Shown here: piece after piece, positions 55,431 to 64,000 of the stretch
Position numbering within the stretch: position 1 is the stretch's first letter
Layout: each line of letters opens with the position of its first letter
Assembly (NCBI GenBank): GCA_963696315.1
Contig: CAVOJU010000014.1
Span: 56,605 to 120,604, forward strand
Source of the DNA: an uncultured Gammaproteobacteria bacterium
GTDB taxonomy: Bacteria; Pseudomonadota; Gammaproteobacteria; Methylococcales; Methylomonadaceae
Direction of reading: 5' to 3'
Length of the DNA stretch: 64,000 bases
The notes under the pieces: model-generated
Database searches by the model: none
Seen by the model: only the letters and a program-made list of their open reading frames with translations
Told to the model about the DNA's origin: nothing
Position numbers and translations under genes: made by a program

Positions 55431-55599
55431 GGAAATAACGTACCGTTAAATTTTTCCGTCTCGTCCTGAGCACAACCGAAGGATGCATGGAAAAATTCCA
55501 ACCCTAAGCGTCAAGCCGATCATGCTTCGACAAGCTCAGCACGAACGGCTTGACGAACACAATGGCGATTTCGGGAAGTTATTGATGACCAAATCCTAA
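55431..55599 (+). repeat. Structured repeat of about 170 nt, copy B.
   Basis: Direct copy of 51718-51887. Confidence 0.7.
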
Positions 55600-55667
55600 G
55601 TCGATCGAGGAGGCGGCAATGCTTACATGACCTTGTAATTTGTAACTGTTCAGAATGTTGGAACCGT

Positions 55668-55729
55668 CTGTAGGAGCGACGCCCACGTCGCGATTTGAAG
55701 CACGGTGGGCGGGGCGTCGCTCCCACAAT
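55668..55729. repeat. Inverted pair of REP-like palindromes (tgtaggagcgacgcccacgtcgcg / reverse complement).
   Basis: The same unit recurs at 58129-58155. Confidence 0.7.
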
Positions 55730-56011
55730 GAAACTTGTCAATCCAGAACGGCTCCAAACGCCCCATGCTTGATAGGCTGAATTAGTTACCAAACTTTTTA
55801 TTCATTACCGTTTGCTTCCTGGCCGTTGCCAATGATGCCAACGACAACTTCAAAGGCGTTGCCGCTTTGTTCGGTATCGGCTGGGTCAGCGGGGCAAGGC
55901 CACACCCGGCGTCAATTGCAACAATTGCGTTATCCTGGCTGTCTGTTCCGTTGTAAGCTATGTCACTGCCGTTGATACCCAACTTTAAAAACAAAAGATA
56001 CGAGGCCTCTC

Positions 56012-57055
56012 ATGACTACCACTATCGAAATCAGCGAATCGGTCCGCCATTACTATGGTCAGGTTCTGCAATCCAGCAACGACCTGAAAACCAGCGCCTG
56101 TTGCAGCATCGACGCCATGCCCGGCTATTTAAAAGCCTTGCTGGCCGGACTGCATCCTGAAGTGCTGGAGCGTTTTTACGGTTGCGGTTCGCCATTGCCG
56201 CCGGCTCTGGAAGGCAAGACCGTGCTTGATCTGGGCTGCGGCACCGGCCGCGACTGCTATCTGCTGTCGAAACTGGTCGGCCCGAGCGGGCGGGTGATCG
56301 GTGTGGATATGACGCCGGAACAACTCGAAATCGCCGTGCGCCATCGCGACTGGCACGCCGAGCGCTTTGGCTATGCCAATGTCGATTTTCTGCACGGCCA
56401 TATCGAAAACTTGGCCACGGTGGGCATTGCTGACAACAGCATCGACGTGGTGGTCTCCAATTGCGTGATCAACCTGTCGCCGGAAAAGCCCCGCGTGCTG
56501 GCGGAAATCTTCCGGGTGCTGAAGCCGGGCGGCGAACTGTATTTTTCCGATGTGTTTGCCGACCGCCGCATTCCGACCGAACTGCGCCAGGACCCGGTGC
56601 TGCTGGGCGAATGCCTGGGCGGCGCCTTGTATTGGGAAGACTTCCGGCGCATCTTGCAGGATCTGGGCTGCCCGGACGTACGCGCCGTCAAGCAAAATGC
56701 GATCAGCCTCGACGACCCCGAAGTGTTTGCCAAAATCGGCATGGTCAAGTTCCATTCGGTGACCGTGCGCGCCTTCAAAATGCCGCTGGAAGACCGCTGC
56801 GAAGACTTCGGCCAAGTGGCCATGTACTTGGGCAGCATCGATCAACACCCGCACAGCTTCGACCTGGACGACCATCATCATTTCGAAACCGGCCGGCCGC
56901 TGCGGGTCTGCGGCAATACCGCCGACATGCTGGCCGGCAGCCGCTATGGCGATCACTTTCAGGTCTTGGGCGATAAATCCCGCCACTTCGGTTTGTTCGA
57001 CTGCGCGCCGGGACCAGGCAGCGAAGCCGCCAGGGCGGACGGCGCATGCTGCTGA
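56012..57055 (+). CDS. arsM: Arsenite S-adenosylmethionine methyltransferase.
   Basis: 347 aa with the VLDLGCGTGRDCY SAM motif and conserved Cys residues (CC at the N-terminus, C near 150-200). GC is about 64%. Confidence 0.85.
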   Translation: MTTTIEISESVRHYYGQVLQSSNDLKTSACCSIDAMPGYLKALLAGLHPEVLERFYGCGSPLPPALEGKTVLDLGCGTGRDCYLLSKLVGPSGRVIGVDMTPEQLEIAVRHRDWHAERFGYANVDFLHGHIENLATVGIADNSIDVVVSNCVINLSPEKPRVLAEIFRVLKPGGELYFSDVFADRRIPTELRQDPVLLGECLGGALYWEDFRRILQDLGCPDVRAVKQNAISLDDPEVFAKIGMVKFHSVTVRAFKMPLEDRCEDFGQVAMYLGSIDQHPHSFDLDDHHHFETGRPLRVCGNTADMLAGSRYGDHFQVLGDKSRHFGLFDCAPGPGSEAARADGACC

Positions 57056-57131
57056 GGAGCAGGACAAAAGCTCCCGAGCAGTTAACTGATGCAGAATTGC
57101 TCGGCTAAAAAGTCATAATGCGAGGAAATAA

Positions 57132-57362
57132 ATGATGAACAAGGTTATTTTGGAGTCCACTCTGATCTGTCCAGTGTGCGGCTATGGTAAAACCGAGACC
57201 ATGCCCAGCGATGCCTGTCAGTGGTTCTACGAATGCCAGGGCTGTCATGCCCTGTTAAAACCCAAGCCCGGGGATTGCTGCGTGTTTTGCTCCTATGGCA
57301 GTGTCGCCTGTCCGCCGGTTCAGTTGCACGGCAAACAATCGGGGTGTTGCGGGTCAGAATAA
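57132..57362 (+). CDS. Small cysteine-rich (13 Cys) zinc-ribbon-like protein.
   Basis: CPVCG...CQGC...GDCCVFCSYG...CC; it is co-directional with and immediately downstream of arsM. Confidence 0.5.
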   Translation: MMNKVILESTLICPVCGYGKTETMPSDACQWFYECQGCHALLKPKPGDCCVFCSYGSVACPPVQLHGKQSGCCGSE

Positions 57363-57523
57363 CGGTTCAGATGAGCTAAGCACGAATAACTTCTGTCAAT
57401 CCCCACTACAGACGATTCCAGGCTCGGGCTGCTGACAAATTTAGAAGCTTTTTTTTGTAAATCTGGTAAATTTTCCCCTCCGTTTTCCTCTAGCACAACC
57501 ATCGTTACTCCAGGGAAGTCATC

Positions 57524-58058
57524 ATGCGAGCATTAAATAAACAATTTAAACACAATCTGGCTTTGTTGCTTTTTAGCAGCGTGTTTTCCGCCATGCCAGC
57601 AATGGCAGCGACAGACCTCGAAGCTCAAGAGGGTTTCGTCAGAGCGATTGCAAAGAGCCACCAGAAAGAAACAGATCACTCCGCACATGAAAACCCTCCC
57701 GATAAAAGTCTGGAGTTTCATGGTGTTTTTTACGGTTTTCTCCCTTGCAACGATTGCACGGGGATTAAAACGACGCTGTCTTTAAAACAAAAAAACAATT
57801 ATCTGTTGGTGACTCAATACGCAAAAGAGTCTTCTAGGGAGTTTTATGAAAAAGGAAAATATCAGCTGGAATGATGAAAATCACACCGTTGTTTTAACTC
57901 CAAGCAAGGGAGGGACAAACACACGGCGCTATCATATTGAGAATGAAGGAACCCTCATTCAGCTTAATGATGATGGCACACGAATGACCGATGAGGCGGA
58001 GCGCTATGTTTTGCAAAGAAGCGATACAGTAAAGTCGCGAGAGATCCATATTCACTAA
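57524..58058 (+). CDS. NlpE/CutF N-terminal-domain-like periplasmic protein, with a frameshift at the A5 run near 57850-57854.
   Basis: Signal peptide and FYGFLPCNDCTGIKTTLSL (the NlpE N-domain CxxC). ORFs 57524..57874 and 57846..58058 are in adjacent frames. Confidence 0.6.
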
Positions 58059-58128
58059 AAATATAACGTAACTATTCGGCCAGGCGAACATGTGGCGGTT
58101 GGAGCCGCTCTGGATTGGCAGGATTCAC

Positions 58129-58155
58129 TGTGGGAGCGACGCCCACGTCGCGCCG
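58129..58155. repeat. REP-like palindrome (tgtgggagcgacgcccacgtcgcgcc).
   Basis: Same unit as 55668-55729. Confidence 0.7.
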
Positions 58156-58324
58156 GTGGCCACGGCATAAGCCGTTTCAGGCCAATAAAATTTACGAATC
58201 GGCGTCTTTAACGTTAGACTAAAGTTCAATAGTGCCAATTCTTAGGAGCTGGTACTACTGATTCAGCTGTCCCTAACGTAAAAAATCTCTCTCCGAACCC
58301 AGCAAAAAATAAAGGAAATTTACC

Positions 58325-59908
58325 ATGATTCCACTCCACCGCCTTTACCGCCCGGCGGCGCGTGCGCTTTTCGCGCTGGCCATCTGCATTCCGGCACTAT
58401 CCGCGCAGGCCGAAGACAAAAAACCCAACATCGTGATTATTTGGGGCGACGACATCGGCCAGTCCAATGTCAGCGCGTATACCAAAGGGATGATGGGCTA
58501 CAAAACCCCCAACATCGACCGCGTCGCCAATGAAGGTGTGATTTTTACCGACTATTACGCCGAGCAAAGTTGTACCGCCGGACGCTCAGCGTTCATCACC
58601 GGCCAGAGCGTGTTTCGCACCGGCCTGAGTAAAGTGGGTCTGCCCGGTGCCGATTTGGGCCTCAAAAAAGAAGATGTGACCATCGCCGAATTGCTTAAAG
58701 GCCAAGGCTATGCCACCGGCCAATTCGGTAAGAATCACTTGGGCGATAAAGACGAGTTTCTGCCTACCGCGCATGGTTTTGACGAGTTTTACGGCAATCT
58801 TTACCATCTGAACGCCGAAGAAGAACCTGAGTTGCCGGATTATCCGAAAGAAGCCGATTTTCCGGACTTTCGTAAGAAATTCGGTCCACGCGGCGTGTTG
58901 CACAGTTTCGCCAATCCTGACGGTACTCAAAAAATCGAAGACACCGGCCCGCTGACCAAAAAGCGTATGGAAACTATCGATGACGATACCGCCGCCCGCG
59001 CTGCTGAATTTATCGAGAAGCAGGCCAAGGCTAATAAGCCGATGTTCGTGTGGGTGAATTTCACGCACATGCACTTTCGCACCCATACCAAACCTGAAAG
59101 CCTAGGTCAGGCGGGGCGTTGGCAAAGCCCGTACCATGATGCCATGATCGACCATGACAAAAACGTCGGTACGGTGCTGGATAAAATCGACCAGCTCGGT
59201 ATCACCGACAACACCATCGTCATGTACAGCACCGACAATGGTCCGCACATGAACTCTTGGCCTGATGCGGGGATGACACCGTTCCGTGGCGAGAAGAACA
59301 CTAACTGGGAAGGCGCTTACCGCGTTCCTGCAATGGTACGTTGGCCGGGTCATATCAAACCTAACACAGTATCCAATGACATCGTTTCACATCTGGATTG
59401 GGCGCCTACCTTGTTAGCTGCTGCCGGTGTGCCTGATGTTAAGGAAAAACTGCTGAAAGGCTACGTCGCTAATGGCAAAAAATACAAAGTGCATTTGGAT
59501 GGTTACAATCAACTTCCCTACCTGACAGGGCAAGAGCCTAAAAGCCCTCGTGAAGAGTTCTTCTATTTCTCCGATGATGGTGATCTGACAGGCTTGCGTT
59601 ACGACAACTGGAAAGTAGTATTTGCTCAACAACGTGCACAGGGTACTATGTTAGTATGGGGCGAACCGTTTGAGAAAACTCGTATTCCTTGGCTCTACAA
59701 TTTGCGTACTGACCCTTACGAAAGAGCAAGTATTACTTCTAACTCTTATTGGGATTGGTACCTGGATCATATCTTCCTGCTAACGCCAGCGCAGAAGTAT
59801 GTCGGTCAGTACCTTGCGACCTTCAAAGAATTCCCGCCACGTCAAAAGGCAGCGAGTTTCAGCATCGACCAAGTGTTGGAGCTGTTGCAAACACCACCAA
59901 ACAAGTAA
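58325..59908 (+). CDS. Secreted sulfatase-family (alkaline-phosphatase superfamily) hydrolase with a variant C-T-A-G-R active-site motif.
   Basis: Signal peptide, then a sulfatase N-terminal domain with SCTAGRSAFITGQ in place of the canonical C-x-P-x-R. Confidence 0.8.
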   Translation: MIPLHRLYRPAARALFALAICIPALSAQAEDKKPNIVIIWGDDIGQSNVSAYTKGMMGYKTPNIDRVANEGVIFTDYYAEQSCTAGRSAFITGQSVFRTGLSKVGLPGADLGLKKEDVTIAELLKGQGYATGQFGKNHLGDKDEFLPTAHGFDEFYGNLYHLNAEEEPELPDYPKEADFPDFRKKFGPRGVLHSFANPDGTQKIEDTGPLTKKRMETIDDDTAARAAEFIEKQAKANKPMFVWVNFTHMHFRTHTKPESLGQAGRWQSPYHDAMIDHDKNVGTVLDKIDQLGITDNTIVMYSTDNGPHMNSWPDAGMTPFRGEKNTNWEGAYRVPAMVRWPGHIKPNTVSNDIVSHLDWAPTLLAAAGVPDVKEKLLKGYVANGKKYKVHLDGYNQLPYLTGQEPKSPREEFFYFSDDGDLTGLRYDNWKVVFAQQRAQGTMLVWGEPFEKTRIPWLYNLRTDPYERASITSNSYWDWYLDHIFLLTPAQKYVGQYLATFKEFPPRQKAASFSIDQVLELLQTPPNK

Positions 59909-59927
59909 GCACTCTTTAATTCGCTAG

Positions 59928-59968
59928 CCACGCCCGCCGTTAACCTGTGTGCGTGGTTTTCTTGTTTT
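59928..59968 (+). terminator. Candidate rho-independent terminator after the sulfatase gene.
   Basis: ccacgc...gcgtgg stem followed by ttttcttgtttt. Confidence 0.4.
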
Positions 59969-60001
59969 AAGTTTTCTCATTCCCGTGCGCTACGTCGCTG
60001 T

Positions 60002-60029
60002 TGTAGATGCGGATAAATCCGCACCTACA
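60002..60029. promoter_or_regulatory. Dyad element of 12 bp with a 2-bp spacer (gtagatgcggat-aa-atccgcacctac), 80 nt upstream of the lipoprotein gene.
   Basis: Near-perfect inverted repeat read directly from the sequence. Confidence 0.35.
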
Positions 60030-60108
60030 AAATACAATTTTTGCTTGATTAATGACAGTCACATAGCGCGTGGGAGCTAGGTAATCACTTAAAAGATAAG
60101 GACAAATA

Positions 60109-60879
60109 ATGAACAAAAACCTAACACCTTCAAAGTGTCGAACTAAACCATGGGCTGATTTCACGCTGTTGGGTCTGTGTCTGTTGTTATTGACTGCCTG
60201 TACAACCACCCAGAATGTAAAGACGGCGAACGTGGAACAAGAGTCAGTGACTGCCATCGACATTTTACTGGAACCCGATGCAACAATGCTCCAACACGCC
60301 GAGGTTTCCAATGCTCGTTTGCTCAAAGTCTACCCTAAGGGCTTTACTCTGGATGCGTCACACAAGCCACATATCACCCTCATACAGCGATACGTCCACA
60401 CTGATGATCTCGACAAAGTCTACGCTGCCGCCGGCAATGTCCTGACCAGCAAAAAAATAACCGACTGGAAGTTGAAGGCATTCAAATACTACTACCTCCC
60501 GGATAAGGACATTGGCGTTGCTGGCATTGTTATCAAACCGACAGCCGATTTGCTCAAGTTGCAACAAGACTTGATTGAAGCAGTTGCGCCTTACACAGTG
60601 AGTACAGGTACTACAGCCGCATTTGCGACCACGCCTGAGAATCCCGTCGTCCAACCACCCGCCATGCTTGATTACGTCGCGGCATTCGTTCCGAAATACA
60701 CCGGCACGCATTTTAATCCACATGTTACGGTCGGGGTTGCTAATCAGGACTACTTGAAGGGGATGTTAGCTGAACCCTTTGCTGAATTCACGTTCTCGCC
60801 GGCAGGCGCGTCCGTTTACCAACTCGGCAGCTACGGGACTGCCATGAAGAAACTTAATGCGTGGAATTTGATGCATTGA
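60109..60879 (+). CDS. Lipoprotein of the 2H phosphoesterase superfamily (LigT-like).
   Basis: Lipobox LLTAC, plus two H-x-T-x motifs (HITLIQ and HVTVGV). Confidence 0.55.
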   Translation: MNKNLTPSKCRTKPWADFTLLGLCLLLLTACTTTQNVKTANVEQESVTAIDILLEPDATMLQHAEVSNARLLKVYPKGFTLDASHKPHITLIQRYVHTDDLDKVYAAAGNVLTSKKITDWKLKAFKYYYLPDKDIGVAGIVIKPTADLLKLQQDLIEAVAPYTVSTGTTAAFATTPENPVVQPPAMLDYVAAFVPKYTGTHFNPHVTVGVANQDYLKGMLAEPFAEFTFSPAGASVYQLGSYGTAMKKLNAWNLMH

Positions 60880-60945
60880 GATTTGTAGGGTGTATAACGC
60901 TTTTTTGCCCACCTTAATCCACACCTATCGAACCAAGATTAAATA

Positions 60946-62133
60946 ATGAATACCACACCCGAATTCAAAATCCCCGACGATTTTTCCCTCGTTCAAGGCG
61001 GTCCTCTTTTTCAGTTATTCGTCCGTAGTCGTTTGGCAACCATCGGCTTAGACTTACTCAAACGTCGAATCATTTTTTTCACGCTGCTCACTTGGCTACC
61101 GTTGCTAATACTTTCAGCTATTTCTGGGCAATTACTGGAAGGTAGTGTCAAGGTTCCATTCCTGTACGATCTGGAGGCGAATATCCGTTTTCTAGTGGCG
61201 TTGCCGTTACTGCTAATAGCGGAGTTGGTCATTCATCAGCGCATGAAACCTGTCGTCCAGCAATTTATTGACCGAGGCATTATAACGGCAGAAACCAGAG
61301 CAGGTTTCGATGACTGTATCGCTTCAGCACTACGCTTGCGTAACTCACTCTGGGTAGAGATAGCACTGGTTTTTTGGGTGCTAAGCTACCATTTTATATG
61401 GTCTGAGCTGTCAACACTGGACGCTACTATCTGGTATGCCAACGGTGTAGCATCGGAACATCAACTGAATCTAGCAGGGTACTGGCTCGTTTATGTCAGT
61501 TTACCTGTGTTTCAATTCATCATGTTTCGCTGGCTATTCAGAATTATCGTGTGGTTGCGGTTTCTCTGGCAGGTGTCACGTTTGAAACTTTATCTTGTGC
61601 CAACACATCCTGACAAAGCGGGTGGTCTGGGTTTTCTCGCTGGAAGTGCCGCCGCGTTTATTCCGCTGATTTTTGCACTCGGTGCTTTGCTGTCTGCAAT
61701 GATTGCCGAACGCATTTTCTATCAAGATGCAAAACTATTAGAATTCAAGCCAGAAATTGTTGCCTCTGTAGTGTTTATGTTGTTGCTTATTCTTGGCCCG
61801 TTATGTGTGTTCTCAGGACATCTTGCACGAACTAAGCGTGAAGGCTCACTGCGATACGGTAATTTGGCAAGCCGCTATGTCACCGAATTCGAACAAAAAT
61901 GGCTACGAGGCGGTAATGCATCCGATGAAGCGTTTATCGGTAGCGGCGATATTCAGTCCTTAGCCGATTTGAATAATAGTTTGGAAACGATACGCACGAT
62001 GCGGATATTTCCGTTCGGCAAAGAAACTGTGCTACAAATCGTCATTGCCACCCTGCTACCCGTGCTGCCTCTGGGATTAACAATGATTTCACTGGAAGAG
62101 TTAATCAAGAAGCTAATTGGCGTTTTGTTATAG
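60946..62133 (+). CDS. Hypothetical polytopic membrane protein (395 aa).
   Basis: Multiple TM segments; no recognisable motif. Confidence 0.5.
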   Translation: MNTTPEFKIPDDFSLVQGGPLFQLFVRSRLATIGLDLLKRRIIFFTLLTWLPLLILSAISGQLLEGSVKVPFLYDLEANIRFLVALPLLLIAELVIHQRMKPVVQQFIDRGIITAETRAGFDDCIASALRLRNSLWVEIALVFWVLSYHFIWSELSTLDATIWYANGVASEHQLNLAGYWLVYVSLPVFQFIMFRWLFRIIVWLRFLWQVSRLKLYLVPTHPDKAGGLGFLAGSAAAFIPLIFALGALLSAMIAERIFYQDAKLLEFKPEIVASVVFMLLLILGPLCVFSGHLARTKREGSLRYGNLASRYVTEFEQKWLRGGNASDEAFIGSGDIQSLADLNNSLETIRTMRIFPFGKETVLQIVIATLLPVLPLGLTMISLEELIKKLIGVLL

Positions 62134-62151
62134 GTCTTTTATCTTATTTGG

Positions 62152-62610
62152 ATGGGTAAAAAACCTAGTCCATCCTATGTTACAACCCAAAAATCTTGCA
62201 AGGAAAATATCGTGCCATTCACAATGAAAAATTTCGTTTTCTGGTCTGGCGTTTATAACGCTGGTCTCGCTGTCTTCTTGTTGTTTCCGCCGCTTTATCG
62301 GGGCGTAGGTATGAACATCTGCGATCATGTTTGGGGCTGGCTAATCGCTGGATTTCTGGCTTTTACCAGTGCGGTATTGATTCTAGCTTCTCGCGATCTA
62401 CGCCACCGCGCTGCGTTTGTCTATTGGGAATCGCTGTTACGCTACATTGCTGCGCTGGTACTTATTCCAGCGGGACTTTTCGGCGATGTGGGCTTGATTA
62501 CCGTGCCTTTGGGTTTGGGTGATTTAGCGATTGGGCTGGTGTATATGTTCGGACTGCCTAAAGAATTGGGCGTATCGCATCGCGCTTTGCTTTGTGACAC
62601 TAACCCATGA
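62152..62610 (+). CDS. Hypothetical small membrane protein.
   Basis: Four predicted TM helices, 152 aa. Confidence 0.45.
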   Translation: MGKKPSPSYVTTQKSCKENIVPFTMKNFVFWSGVYNAGLAVFLLFPPLYRGVGMNICDHVWGWLIAGFLAFTSAVLILASRDLRHRAAFVYWESLLRYIAALVLIPAGLFGDVGLITVPLGLGDLAIGLVYMFGLPKELGVSHRALLCDTNP

Positions 62611-63244
62611 AAACGGTACTCATTCTTGGGCAACGGGGCAAGTCGGGCAAGCATTGCTTCAACTCGCTTTGCAACACCCTGAAATCTCGCGTGTAGTCGC
62701 ACCCACGCGCCGCCCACTGCCAGCGCACGCTAAGCTCGATAATCCGCTAGTCAATTTTGAATCTTTGCCGGAGGATGCGGCTTGGTGGAGGGCAGATTTA
62801 ACGCTCTGCGCTCTGGGAACCACGCTACGCCAGGCGAAATCCAGGGCCGGCTTCTACCGCGTCGATCACGATTATGTCCTGACCGCAGCCGGGTTGGCCC
62901 TGCGTGAAGGAACGCCAGCCTTTGGTCTGGTCTCTTCGCTGGGCGCGGATGCTTCGTCACGCCTGTTTTATCTTAAGGTTAAAGGCGAGACCGAACAAGC
63001 CTTAGCCACTCTGGGTTTTGTATCATTGGTAATAGTGAGACCATCACTGTTGATCGGAGGTCCTCGATCCAGCGGCAGATTCCTGGAGGCCTTTGGGCTG
63101 TTTTTGGGTAAGCATCTGGCTTCGCTGCTGCCCCGGCGCTATCGAGCGGTGACTACTCTTCAAGTCGCGCGGGCTCTACTCGAAGCTGGTCTTCGTGCGC
63201 CTGCGGGAGTACAGGTCATTGAGTCGGAACAATTGCAGCTCTGA
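62607..63244 (+). CDS. NAD(P)-binding atypical SDR (HTATIP2/NmrA-like), with a frameshift at the GGG run near 62628.
   Basis: An ATG at 62607 gives MKTVLILG; the Rossmann GxxGxxG continues in the frame of ORF 62531..63244 (ATGQVGQALL). Confidence 0.6.
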
Positions 63245-63322
63245 TATTTACGCGGGATGGATTTTGCAAGCGTTTAAGTACCAATGAACTCAAGATTGTT
63301 AGATCAACCAATAGAGAACACT

Positions 63323-64000
63323 ATGAATCAATTATCCCCCCATCAATCATTAAGCTACCGCCATATTTTATGGTTGATATTTGTATGCTTTGCAACAGTT
63401 GCAAATGCCAAGTCCAGTGATCCGTTGCCGTCTTGGAATAACGGCACGGCTAAATCAGCCATTATGCAATTTGTCAAAAGCGTGACTAAAAAAGGCGGTG
63501 CGGATTTTGTGCCAGCCGCTGAACGTATCGCCACTTTCGATAATGACGGCACACTATGGAGCGAGCAACCCATTCCCCAACTGATTTTTGCCTTAGACCG
63601 CGTGAAAGCGGAAGCACCCAAGCATCCCGAATGGAAAGACACTGAGCCTTTTAAAGCAGTGCTTGCTGATGATCTAAAGGGTGTAATGGCAAGCGGTGAA
63701 CGCGGTTTGGTGGAGCTGATCATGGCCTCTCACGCCGGCATGACCACCGAGGAATTCGAAAAAATTGTTAACGATTGGCTGATCACAGCGAAGCATCCGA
63801 AATATAACCGGCCTTACACCGAGCTGGTTTATCAGCCAATGCTGGAACTGCTTAACTTCTTACGGGCTAATGGCTTCAAGACTTATATTGTTTCGGGTGG
63901 CGGCATTGAATTCATGCGCACCTGGATGGAAAAAGTTTATGGCATCCCACCCGAGCAAATCATCGGCAGTAGCATCAAAACCAAATTTGAGCTTCGCGAC
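63323..64000 (+). CDS. Secreted HAD-superfamily hydrolase, partial (3' end off-window).
   Basis: Signal peptide, a FDNDGTLW motif I and an SGG motif. It is not in the ORF track because it runs off the window. Confidence 0.6.
   Translation, partial: MNQLSPHQSLSYRHILWLIFVCFATVANAKSSDPLPSWNNGTAKSAIMQFVKSVTKKGGADFVPAAERIATFDNDGTLWSEQPIPQLIFALDRVKAEAPKHPEWKDTEPFKAVLADDLKGVMASGERGLVELIMASHAGMTTEEFEKIVNDWLITAKHPKYNRPYTELVYQPMLELLNFLRANGFKTYIVSGGGIEFMRTWMEKVYGIPPEQIIGSSIKTKFELRD

Noticed and set aside
55520-55792. A 90-aa minus-strand ORF.
   Set aside because: It lies entirely within the 170-nt structured repeat and the REP palindromes. Its composition and the repeat context argue against it being coding.
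63355-63723. A 122-aa minus-strand ORF.
   Set aside because: It is antisense to a well-supported HAD-family hydrolase gene (signal peptide and DxDGT motif) that runs off the window end.

Overview
Chromosomal segment, most likely from a gammaproteobacterium (hda, zapD, yacG-coaE-pilDCB, lptFG, valS-holC-pepA; overall GC about 50%, with islands of higher or lower GC). The 5' end holds a nest of insertion sequences. The remainder is largely housekeeping genes interspersed with accessory cargo: a large secreted M4 protease, a CPA2 antiporter, an arsM cassette, a sulfatase and lipoproteins, bracketed by several families of short palindromic and structured repeats. The observation I rate highest is a 51-nt repeat unit inserted in-frame inside valS (two tandem copies) and holC (one copy). 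About 20 genes, including essential ones (valS, lptG, hemB), are broken by single-base indels, mostly at homopolymers. I treat these as probable consensus errors, not pseudogenes, and give merged coordinates for them. No rRNA, tRNA or CRISPR array was recognised. A 64-kb sequence is hard to index exactly by eye; coordinates derived from the ORF track are reliable, whereas repeat and motif coordinates read directly from the sequence may be off by a few bases.
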